From the NCBI GenBank assembly GCA_028534125.1, contig CM052826.1:23932001-23996000 (forward strand): a DNA stretch of 64,000 nt, in the 5' to 3' direction. The stretch comes from Lama glama (Eukaryota). The notes below the pieces were generated by a model that saw nothing but the letters and a program-made list of their open reading frames with translations, had not been told where the DNA came from and did no database searches. Position 1 is the stretch's first letter. Every line of letters starts with the position of its first letter. Shown here piece after piece: positions 11,449 through 22,290 of the stretch. The position numbers and the translations under genes were made by a program.

Positions 11449-11780
11449 ATGAACGGCCTGTCAGTGACCGAGCTCTGCTGCCTCTTCTGCTGCCCACCCT
11501 GCCCCGGCCGCATCGCCGCCAAGCTCGCATTCCTGCCTCCGGAGCCTACCTACTCGCTAGTGCCTGAGCCTGATCCCGGGCCCGGTGGGGCCGGGGCCGC
11601 CCCCTCGGGGACCCTACGGGCCTCAGCTGGCACCGCTGGGCGCTGGAAGCTCCACCTGCTGGAGCGCGCTGACTTCCAGTACAGCCAGCGCGAGCTGGAC
11701 ACCGTCGAGGTCTTCCTGACCAAGAGCAGCCGGGGCAACCGCATCTCCTGCATGTACGTGCGCTGCGTGCCTGGTGCCAG
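11449..11780 (+). CDS. ABHD17A: ABHD17A coding exon (exon 2, 332 nt coding)
   Basis: GCCATG start; donor CAG/GTGAGC. Confidence 0.95.
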
Positions 11781-14700
11781 GTGAGCCTCTGGGCCGCCAC
11801 GCAGACATGACCTGAGGGTGGAGGGTGGCGCCCGGGAGGCTCCTGGCCCTGGGTGTGCTCTGTCCTCAGAGCTCCTGTTCCAGCTGGTGGTGGCCCCCAG
11901 AGGGCCAGGGCTAGTGAAAGCCTGTCTGGTGGTGTGCGTGCCCCATGATTCTTCTTGCTGAAGGAAGGGGCAGCAGATGAGGTCTGCCCATGAGGCCAGG
12001 TGCCCTTCCACAAGCAGCCCTCTGAGGGGCCCTCTCAGCACCCTGAGGCTTGGGGAGGTGGCTCCGAGTGCCACATCACCCCACCTGCTCGATGAGGAGC
12101 CGCCTGCTTGTGGGTCTCGGTGTTGACCTGCCCAGGGATGGTCTCCTGGGCCCCTGGTGCCTGCTGAGGCCTCGGCACCTGCTTTGGGGCAGGGGCACCT
12201 GAGGCCTGGCTGGTGGCTTGTGCCAAGTCTGATTTCTTGAGTTCCAAGGTGGGGCAGAGGGGGGCCTTCCTGATGCTTCTATCTTCAGACCAGGCTGGGT
12301 TCTGACTGCAGATCTGAGTCCAAAGGGCAAACTTCTACCTTCCGTCTGCACTGGGCTGGGCGGGGCCCGTGGTGCTGGAGGAAGAAGACTCTGGGAGGCC
12401 ATCAGCTTGGATCCAGCCTGGTCTCTTGCTCTTGGCATGACCAACTCGCAGGGCTGCCACAGGACACAAGGCAGAAGTAAGGGCTGTGGTCATTCCCTGT
12501 CTAGGAAGAGCTGCACCGCTTTGAACAGGGATCAGCTTCATTCACTTGTCAGGGCTGGAGTAGGGGCCTGCTGTCAAGAGTTGGGGGCAGCCCTGCTGAC
12601 AGAGAAGGCGCTGTCTCATTCTCTAGGAAGGTTCTGAGCAGTGGGCAACGTGCCTGCCATCCCTAGGGGCTGCCGGAGTCCCTCCAAAGGAATGTTCCAG
12701 AGGAGAGGCGGCTGCTGCCCACGGGGATATGTGTGATGGTCACTGTAGTTTGCCAAGTTCACGCAGAGGGGCCCACCTGTGCCAAGAATGTGACCAGTGG
12801 TCCCAGTGGCCCCCTTTCATGAGGGGAAGCCTGACACTCCGCTGGCCATCCCCTGTCTGAGGCCCACTGGGAGGAGCTGGGCCGCTGTTTGGCACAGGCA
12901 GCCTGTCCCCTCGTCAGGACTCCTGGGTGCTGGGCATGAAGAGCCCCTCCCTTGCCCTCTGACCTGTGCTTCCCCACCCCTGCCCAAGGTACACGGTGCT
13001 CTTCTCGCACGGCAACGCGGTGGACCTGGGCCAGATGAGCAGCTTCTACATCGGCCTGGGCACGCGCATCAACTGCAACATCTTCTCCTACGACTACTCG
13101 GGCTACGGCGTGAGCTCGGGTAAGCCCTCTGAGAAGAACCTCTACGCCGACATCGACGCCGCCTGGCAGGCCCTGCGCACCCGGTGAGCTCTGTGCTGGG
13201 GCTGGGGGGGGATGAGCGTTGCCTCACAGGTGATCTGCCCAGGTGGAACCTCTCACCTGGGGGAGGGAGGGAGCCCAGGCGGGTGGGCCTGCAGGAGAGG
13301 GAGCCTGTTTGCAGCCACCCTGGGCCGCAGGGCAAGGCCTGGCCTATGTTCTCTCTGCATGGTGATGGGCGGGCAGGCCTCAAGCCTTGCCTGGGCAGGG
13401 GAAGGGACAGGGCCTGACACTGTCCCCATTGGAGGCTCCACCTGAAGGGAGAATGAAGGGAGAAGAGTGGACAGAGGACGTGGGCCCCTCCCAGCCCAGG
13501 AGGGGGTGTGTGAGGCCTGTGTGAGAGGACTCAGGGGACCCCCAAGGATGTGGGAGCACTTGGTAGGGTGGGTGGGGCAGGGCCTCTGCATCAGGTGCTG
13601 CTTATGGATCGTGGCCTCATCCTGAGGGCAGGGCTCCTCTGGGCCTAGAAGGTTCACTTAGGCAGCTTGGTACCCAGCACAGCCCTGGTGGCTGGTAGGT
13701 CAGCGAGCAGAGGCTGTGTCCTCCCCAGGCACGGTGTCCAGCACACACTGCAGGCCTTACTCAGTGCCATCGTGGTCTGGTCTGCACCTTCCCTGGACCC
13801 CACCGCCCTGATCATCCAGACCCTGGCAGCCCCCTTCCACCCTCGTGCTCGCTCACCGAGCACAGTGGCCCCACCTGAACCAGTGCGTGCGGTGTGGCCC
13901 CATGCCCCGTGCTGCTTAGAGGGACACCCACCCAGCCCCTGCCCCCCTGGAGGCTGCACCCTCTGCCTGCTCAGGGCTGGCTGCCCCATCTCCACCCTGC
14001 CTGGCCAGCTGACGCGACCAGCTCCTGCTGGGACCAAAGCCAACCTGCCCTGGGGAGGCGGGGGCCCTGGTTGCCATAGTGATGCCCCAGCAGTCCCTGA
14101 TGCAGGCCCTGTGAGCAGGGTTCCCTGACACCACCCTGGCACTGGGGACCCATGCTTGGTGGCACGGTGCAGGTATGTGTCCACCCTTGGCTGCCTCAGC
14201 CTGTCCCCACTGGCTGGGGGTCACTGCAGAATCACACCTCACGAGGGACTGAGAGTTCTCTGAGCTCTGTCATCCATCTGTCTGTCCTGCTGCCAGCCTT
14301 GACCTCCAGGGAACTGGTTCCTCAGCCCCAGTAGCTGAGAAACATCAGGAGGGCAGGAGGCTTGGGTCCAGGTTGTGACCAGGGCTGGGGAGGCCTGGAA
14401 GAAGAGCTGCACCATCTGGCACCTGTTGCGTTTGTCCCGGTGGAGACAGCCAGGTGGCAGCTGGGGGTCCCTGCCTGGAGCTGGCTGATAGGACTGGGCT
14501 GGGACTCGGCATAGCGATGCTCACAGCGAACCAGGGAGCCGGCCGGGGAGGAGCGGCCAGAGTAGTAGGCATGAAACCAGATGGCTCCCTGAGGCCTGGG
14601 GGTGTGTCTGGGGATTGGGGATAGAGGACAGGGACTGTGCACATGGCCCCTGGGTGGACAGGGAGATGGAGTCTGGCTGCCTAGGTGAGATACAGACCTT

Positions 14701-15955
14701 CCCTGGCTACTGAGGGGAGAGCCTCCTTTGGGATCAGGGTCATGGGTGTGTGGGAGGAAGGCCACAGAGGCCTCCTGCTCTGGAGGATGGTGAGTGGTCC
14801 TCATGTGGTCAGGAAGGGGCACGTGGTGTGGAGCTGGATCAGCCCTGCTGGTGTGGGGCTAGGAGAGCTTGGGGTGGCGAGTGGGGCCCAGGACCTTGCC
14901 ACTAAGTAGGGAAGGAGCCCAGAGAAGGAGGTGGCGGCCACCCATTTTCCCTCAGGAGCCACTGTTCCTGCTCACCTGTGTTGTACTAACACCTCATTGG
15001 GTATAGGGGACACTGAGGGGTCACAAACTGGCTGAGACATCAGAGGACACAGCTGCCTCCAATCCCTAGGGCTTGCCAAGGGGGTAGATGAGGGTCGGGT
15101 GAGGGCTGCTTGGGGGGAAGACGTGCCCCCTTCCAGTGCAACCACAAAGGGCTGTCCAATTCAGAACAGCAGGGACAGGAAGGCCCCAAGCAGGTGGCCC
15201 TGGTCAAGTGTGTGTAGGGGTTGGGGGTAGCTGGATGACCAGGAGGAGCGGGTGGGGCCCTTACAGGTGCACTGCCCAGGTGTGACCAAGTAGATACTGT
15301 CCAAGAAACGGCAGAGTGGGGCCGCTGTTGGCCAGCTCCCCTCACACCTGTCTGGGTCCTACCTCCCGTATTAGTCCTACGGCTTCGGTGTTGGGGGACT
15401 GCCCCAGGAGGGCCGGCAGTGGGAGGGGTGTGCGCGCTGTGTCACGGCTGATCCTGCCCCCTCGCTGCCAGGTACGGCATCAGCCCGGACAGCATCGTCC
15501 TGTACGGGCAGAGCATTGGCACGGTGCCCACCGTGGACCTGGCTTCGCGCTATGAGTGCGCCGCTGTGGNNNNNNNNNNNNNNNNNNNNNNNNNNNNNNN
15601 NNNNNNNNNNNNNNNNNNNNNNNNNNNNNNNNNNNNNNNNNNNNNNNNNNNNNNNNNNNNNNNNNNNNNNNNNNNNNNNNNNNNNNNNNNNNNNNNNNNC
15701 GCGGAGTCCTAATATGTCCCGCCTCGCAGCATCGAGAAGGTGTCCAAGATCACGTCGCCGGTGCTCATCATCCACGGCACGGAGGACGAGGTGATTGACT
15801 TTTCGCACGGGCTGGCGCTGTACGAGCGCTGCCCCAAGGCCGTGGAGCCTCTGTGGGTGGAGGGCGCCGGGCACAACGACATCGAGCTCTACAGCCAGTA
15901 CCTGGAGCGCCTGCGCCGCTTCATCTCCCAGGAGCTGCCCGGCCAGCGTGCCTAA
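11449..15955 (+). CDS. ABHD17A: Alpha/beta hydrolase domain-containing protein 17A (depalmitoylase); spliced CDS join(11449-11780,12989-13183,15472-~15651,15730-15955), about 310 aa
   Basis: N-terminal [31 protein letters not shown] cysteine cluster, HGNA motif, nucleophile motif YGQSIG, catalytic Asp (HGTEDEVI) and His (GAGHND); canonical GT-AG junctions; the end of exon 4 lies in the N gap. Confidence 0.96.
12989..13183 (+). CDS. ABHD17A: ABHD17A exon 3
   Basis: [27 protein letters not shown]; AAG acceptor, CCG/GTGAGC donor. Confidence 0.93.
15472..15569 (+). CDS. ABHD17A: ABHD17A exon 4 (visible part; the rest is in the assembly gap)
   Basis: [32 protein letters not shown]. Confidence 0.92.
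15570..15699. other. Assembly gap (130 N)
   Basis: Run of N. Confidence 1.
15730..15955 (+). CDS. ABHD17A: ABHD17A last coding exon
   Basis: [43 protein letters not shown]. Confidence 0.95.
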
Positions 15956-16184
15956 CCTAGCGGCCGCCCAGCCGCGCCGGGACCTCAGCAATAAGGCGGC
16001 GCCCGGACCCTGCCCCAGTCCCGGGGGCTGCATGTGAACCCCTGGGTGCCCCACGCCCTCGAGGCAGCCGGCAGGTAGGGGTCGGGACCTACCCCAGCCC
16101 AGGGGACGTGGACAATGTACAGGTGACGGAGCTATGCTCTTATTTCCTTTTGGAAGCAAAACGAGGAAGAACGTGAAAACAGAA

Positions 16185-16190
16185 ATTAAA
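16185..16190 (+). terminator. ABHD17A polyadenylation signal ATTAAA
   Basis: ATTAAA about 230 nt after the stop, followed by a T-rich downstream element. Confidence 0.7.
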
Positions 16191-16929
16191 GATTTAAAAT
16201 TTTAAGTTTCCTCTCCTTTTCACGGCGCGTGCTTTCCCTGGGGCTCAGCCAGCCCGAAGAGCAGCCCGGGCTTTGTCCCCAGTCCCTCAGCAAAGTTCAT
16301 CACAATTGTAGATGTCAGCTCACCCTCTACAGAAGATGGGTGGGGTTCGGGTCCTTGGGGCTGCCGATTGTCTGAGTGGTGATGGAGGGGCGACAGCTTT
16401 CGAATCCAGGACCCTGCCTGCTCATAGGGCTTGCCTGGGGAGGTTGATGGCTCCCTGTTTTCAAGACGACCCTGGGGTTGGGAGTGGCCGCAGCAGGTCT
16501 AGGCTGGGCCTGCTCTGGGGCCCCAGTGAGGCATTCTTCCCTACCCATGTAGTAGATGGGGACGCTGTGTAGTCTTAGGGCTGCCCTTCCCGTCGGTGAC
16601 GCCCCTGCACAAAGTCAAGAGGGTCTTTGCAGCGAGGGTGCTTGGGTCCAGGGGAGGGCAGTGGCAGGTACGAGGCCCTGTGGGGTCTCCCCAGGAATGG
16701 GGATCCATCCTGGGGCTGGGGTCATAAGGATCCCTCCTGCAAGACGCCACGGGGCCTTCGTTTGAGCTGTGTTCAACTCCCGGGGTGCTCTTGAAGACAG
16801 GGGTGGCATGGGTCTCCCCAGACACTTGGCGGACGCCAGGTCCCTAGAATACCCTCTGCGACCTACAAGGGCAGTGCTTTAGAGTGCGGAAGGCCTCAGA
16901 GACGGTGACCTGTCATCCATTTGGAGGTC

Positions 16930-17620
16930 GGGCGGCGGCTTGGCGTGTGTGGTGGCACTAGGCAGTGGCGAGGACAGGACCCAGAGCTGCTTTCGCGTTT
17001 GCCCCTCTGGGTCTGCGACCCCTTTAAGAGGGGGAGGTGCTTCGGCCTGGGGGCGGGGACGACGCCTAGGGGCGCAGCGGGGGCGGAAGCGGAAGTGGAG
17101 GGGCGCGCGCACGGCAGCCGTGGCGGGCAGCGGAGCGCGAGGAGGCCGGGGCCTCGGCGGTAAGTGGCGGCGGCTCGCACCCGGGCCGGCCGGCCCTGCC
17201 CTTGCCGCCGCTCGGCCGTGGGGCGCGCGCAGCGGACAGCCGACGCGGCGTGGGTCCTTGTCAGCGTTGAGGCCGAGTCGGGCGAGGCCGGGGTCTCTCG
17301 GCGTCCGCGCGGCGGCTTTGCGCGCCCGGTAGCTGGCTCCGCGGTGCTCTTTGTCGCTGAGAGCTGGGACTTGGGACTGAGGCGCTCGAAGAGCTTAAAG
17401 CGGCCCCGGGGCACGTCAGGACGGCCTGCCAGAATCCTGGGCTCTCTGGGCGGACCCGGCCTGGGCCCCCGAGTCCCGACCCGCCGACTCTAACACAGGA
17501 CGGTGCCCGGCCTAGTGGTGGGCGGGAAGCGGCCGTGCCTTCGTCCCTCCCGAGTTCCACGGGCCTCCTTGCTGGGAGTCTCGGGTCGTGTTCAATAGTA
17601 CGGGACGTCTGGGAATAAAA
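16930..17620 (+). promoter_or_regulatory. Orphan CpG island / promoter-like element between ABHD17A and KLF16
   Basis: CpG-dense, GC boxes, tandem ETS/GABP site CGGAAGCGGAAGT 17084-17096, donor GCG/GTAAGT at 17159/17160. Confidence 0.7.
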
Positions 17621-17989
17621 CTGAACGTGGGTGTGCGCTCACGGGAACAGAGAGCATCAGGGCCCCCTCTCTCGCCTGCCCCTTTCCCCACCGGGCCTCT
17701 GCACAGGCTGATCTCTGACCGGCGTGCCCTCACCACCTCCCGGTCTTGTCCCTGTCTTTGCCGATGCCCCTCAGCATGGCTAACATTTCTCGACATTCTG
17801 AGTCATCTCAGTCTCTTGCTGCAGTAGTTCCTCCCAGAAGAACCCCGCCCCTCCCGCCCTGACCCCCTACTCTGTGCTCCCACTGACCCCAGGTGCTGAC
17901 GTCATAGAGCGTACTGTCTTCACCTCATCAGAACGTGAATTCCCTGAGAGCCGGGCTCAGCAATGCAGCAAGTTCAAAGCCACCGGCTT

Positions 17990-18811
17990 ACAAGTGGACA
18001 AAAATATTTTCCCACACACAGAGTAAAAAATTCAGAGTGTAAGAGAGTATGGGGTGAATACGCAGTGTCTTCCCACCCCTGACCTCCATGGCCTGGTTCC
18101 CGTCCCCTAGAGCAGAGAGAAAGCAGTGTCTTCGGTTTCAACAGAGAAAGTGTGCATGTGTATCTAATGAGTTTACACTAAAGTGTGATCCTCTTACTAA
18201 ACATGGCTTGGAAACTTTATGTTCCCACGCCTAGATTGGATTCAGTCCTCCTTGTGGCTGCCCCATTTTTTATTAGCACTATAATTTATTCGTCCTGTTT
18301 TTTGTTGGTTGAAATGTAATTTTTTTTTCAGTCTTCTGTAACAGACAATGCTAGGGTCAGGATCCTTGTACAAATGTCTTTCTGCCCAAGTAGGAGGATC
18401 TCTGTGGGTTGAATTCCTTAGTGCAGAAGGGCGAAGTCAAAGGGCCTTCCATAGATCCCTGAGTGGGTATGTGATCTGTTAAAATAGTATTTCATTGTGG
18501 TTTGATTTGTGTTTCCCAGGAGTATAATTAAACACCTCAGTGCTTCTGTCAGATTTATTATGTTGGTCATTTCTATCACTAATATCATTTTGAAACCAGA
18601 AAAATTTGTTTATTACAAATATGTGTATATTTAAAAGCCATCTGTATAGCACATTCTTGGTCGTTTATTCTGCTGGATTGTGGCTGTTACTGTTTCTGAG
18701 GAGCTCTTTCCATGTTCAGAAAGTTAAGCCTATTGTCTGTTAGGAAAAAAAGTACTTTTTTCCAGTCAGTCATTTGTGTTTGATTTGGATTGTAGTTTTT
18801 GTTTGTTGATT

Positions 18812-18874
<63 letters not shown>

Positions 18875-19250
18875 TTTCCAGCATTTAAAATTGTCATCAT
18901 TTTATCATTTATGGCTTCTACATTTTGTACCGTGCTCAGACACGTGTTCCCTACTCCAAGATGATAAAATGTGATGTTTTCTTTCAAAAATGTAATGGTT
19001 TCTTTTTCAAATAGGTACTTAAATGTTGGGTCTAATTCTAGAAAGGACTTTTGGGAAGGGGTGAGGTAGGAACCCAAACTGCTTTTTTCCACGTCATTTG
19101 CCCCAACTCCATCTCCCGAAAAAGCCTTTCTTTCCCCCACTGAAATGCCACCTTTATCCCTCACTGAGCCCCCTGTGCCTATGGGTCTGTTTCTAGACTC
19201 TGCCATCTGAGTTAGTGGGAACCTGGCTGTTTTCTTTACTGACTGTCCAG
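17990..19250 (-). mobile_element. Highly degraded L1 (L1ME-like) remnants
   Basis: AT-rich block with L1 reverse-strand phrases (GTATTTCATTGTGGTTTGATTTG, GTGAGGTAGGAACCCAA, TGGGTCTGTTTCTAGACTCT). Confidence 0.5.
18811..18877. repeat. (TTTA)n microsatellite, about 16 units
   Basis: Perfect tetranucleotide run. Confidence 0.97.
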
Positions 19251-21899
19251 AGGCCCGTCTCCCCTTATCTGAGTCAAGAAAAAATTGCCCTAATAAATAT
19301 TCAATGACTTGAACGTATTCCATGGAATGCTAGTTCCACAAGGCACTCTGGTGGAAGAAAACTTGTCTTTGCCTGCCCCTTTGGATCTTCACAGGGCCCG
19401 GCGCTGACCTCTGTTGAGGCGTGGCTTTTGTCAGGCTGACACCCTAGGAGCCCCACACCCCTGCTTTTCTCCTACGCCTGCCCATTGCATGTGAAGGGTA
19501 AACTAAGGCAGGCTCTGTGGATCAGGCGCTTGTCAGGCCAACCCGGCCCGCAGCTCTGCCCTTCTGTGGGGACGCCCCTCTCCTATGTGGGCTGCCTTGG
19601 AGGGGCTCACCTGCAGCCTCTGGGGAACCACACCAGGGCAGTGATTGGGGGAAGATCTTGGTATCTTCCAGGATGTGCCCCCCTTCCCTTCCACTTGGTA
19701 CAGCCCATGGGCCAGGCCGCCTGGGACAGAGGCCAACTTTCGGTTCTCCATTTTGTGAATTTTCCAGGACACATGTATGTTCACACCCAGCAGCATTCTG
19801 CTGTTCAGCAGATGCCCGGGCATGCGCTCCCCTGGCACGGGCCCCCTCAGCTCACCGGCACCTTGGGTCCTCCCCTGGACACCTTACTGGCAAAGCTCAG
19901 GTGTGGGCCCTGGGTCCCAGAAGCAGATTCCTGGTTTCTCTCCCATGGCTTAGGCACATTGCCCTGACACCAGAGACCCCAGGGGACGCAGCTTGCCCAG
20001 GGTGTGTGGCTGTGGCAGGGGCAGTGGGCTTCAGCTGGTTGGGCCCCTCCCAGAGGGTGGGTCTGGGGCGCACATGTGTCCTTCACCCGGAGCTTCTTTC
20101 CTGGGGCTCGATACCCGTGGAGCCCAGACTGGACTTCCTGTGGGCCCAAAACCCGAGGGCTGGTCTAGCCTTCCTCCCCTCCTTCCCCCCAGGCACCCTG
20201 CTTCACTGATCACCCGTTCAGCTGAGCTGGTGGAACCCACCCCTCTGGTTCTGGCATGTGAACTGGGGGCCCCCAGAGATTCCAGGAGAGAATCGGGGAG
20301 TTCAGTCTCCTTCCCTGCCCATGGTGGCCCTGGTTGTGAGGAGCAATGGCCCTGCGGGGCCCAGATCTGAGATGGGCCCTAGGGACGGGGTACCGCCCTT
20401 CAGTGTCCTGGGCACCCCATTTAAGGTGTGGGCACTCCCTCAGGGCAGACACCTGTCTGGTTCACAATCAGAGTACAGGGCCGACCTGTTAGCTGTGGGA
20501 CCCCCGTCACGTGGGGGTGCCAGCTCAACATCAGAGTACCCCTTCCTTAGTTTCGAAGCTTCTGCCATGTGCCAGGTCGGTCTCTGGGACAGTGACAATC
20601 CTGGGTTGCTGGAGTCGCCGTCCCCACTGTCCCTGCTCACAGGGGAGATGGCTCAGGCCAAGCTGCCCTCGGAGAAGGTGCCCTGGCACCCTGGCTGGGC
20701 TGAGGCCCTGGCTTCCCAGGGCTCAAACCCTCTTGGGACACAGGCATGCCCCTGCCAGACAGTGGACCCCAGGACCAGGCTCGGGGGGGGGGTGGGATGC
20801 AGGTCAGGGCTACATGTGTGTCCAGAGCACACGCACAGGTGAGATGGAAACCTGCCTAGCCGTGGTCACAGCAGAGCTCTGGGGCTCTCTGAAGCTTGCA
20901 GAGTCTAGGAGAGCGCCCTGACCCTCGTGACAGGAGAGGGTCTTGAAGGGGGCTGGTCGGGGGAGGCTAGGCCCCTGGGTGGCCCTGGTGAGCATGGCAG
21001 ATCAGACCCCCACTGTGGCTGTCTGTCTGAACAGTGACTCTGAGCCACTGCTTTCCAGGTGATCCTGGCCAGCCAAGGAGTCAAGGTAATTCCCCTTGTT
21101 CGGGCCGGATCCTGCCCCTACCCCACCACCTCCTGGAGAAGGGGTGGCAGCTCTGGGTTATCCCCAGCAGCTTGGAGGGGGGCCTGGTGCTTTCTGTGGG
21201 GGCCAGCTGCCCACCAACTGGCTAGGCCTGGGGCCGGCTGCACCTACTGTGTGTAACGGACCGCCCGGACCATGGGGAGTCATCTAACACCCCTCAGGAA
21301 TAAACACGGACGGGTTACAGATCATTTAAAATGTGCACAGATTGTTTTGATTAGAAAATTTTATTTTGGGTATTATTTGTGCACCATTTTTAAAAAATGC
21401 TCTATCATCAAAGTAGAAGATCCTGCTGGAGCAGCAGCTCCACGAGGGGTGAGGGGCTAATGAACTGCAGACACAGGTGGAAACTCGGGGAAACTTTGCA
21501 GCGGGAACGTGCGTGCCTCCCCGTGGGCTGCAGCTGCTCCCCGGCCGCGTCCTGGGCCTCCCACGGCACGAGCTCAGGGATGCGCCTGCACTCGTGCAGG
21601 TCCATCCATCTCAGCGGTGCAGCCACACACAGACACACCTGCTTCCTCACGAACACTTTCTGGGTACCTCTTCAGGAGCAGAATCGCTGGGTCAAAGTGG
21701 TGAATGTCTGGGTGGTGGCTCGGATGCGAGCTGCTAGGATCTCAGTGCGGTGATTACTATATGATGTCCACCTCCGCTCTTCACGTTTGTTTTCAAGTGT
21801 TCACCTTGCACCAACATGGCGTTTACACCTCTACCCTTTGCCCCAGTGACCCTCAGGGGAGCGCCTTGTCGAAACCAAGACCCAGCTTGTGTACCTGCC

Positions 21900-22290
21900 C
21901 ATTCACAAGCTACAGACTTGGTTTCTTGGCTCAGCAGAAACGTCCTTTTCTGCCCCAGGATCCAACCCAGGAGCCCGCACGGTGTTCAGCCATCACGCCT
22001 CCTTAGTCTCTTAAATTCCGTGACGCTGCTCCCTGCCCTCCCCTTGTTTTCCATGGCCTTGGCAGCTTGGTAGGGTGTTTTTGGGGGAGGGAGTATTTTG
22101 TAAACTGTCCCCTAATCTGGGCTTGTCTGAGGCTTTCTCATGATCAGACCAGGGTTGCACGTTTGAGAGCACACTGAGGTGAGGTGGTCGCATTCCACTG
22201 GGGGCCCTGACACCCTGAGGACATCACCCTGAGGTTGACCTTGACTACCTGGCTAAGGTGGGGTCCCCAGGGTTCCCTACAGGCAGGTTG
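21900..22290 (-). mobile_element. L1MC4/5-like fragment
   Basis: CCAGGATCC..CCTTAGTCTCTT..TCTCATGATCAGAC..GTTGACCTTGA..GGCTAAGGTG. Confidence 0.5.

Noticed and set aside
15377-16159. 260-aa minus-strand ORF
   Set aside because: Antisense shadow of ABHD17A exons that spans an N gap
18776-18964. ORF with (LFIY)n hydrophobic repeat
   Set aside because: Translation of the (TTTA)n microsatellite
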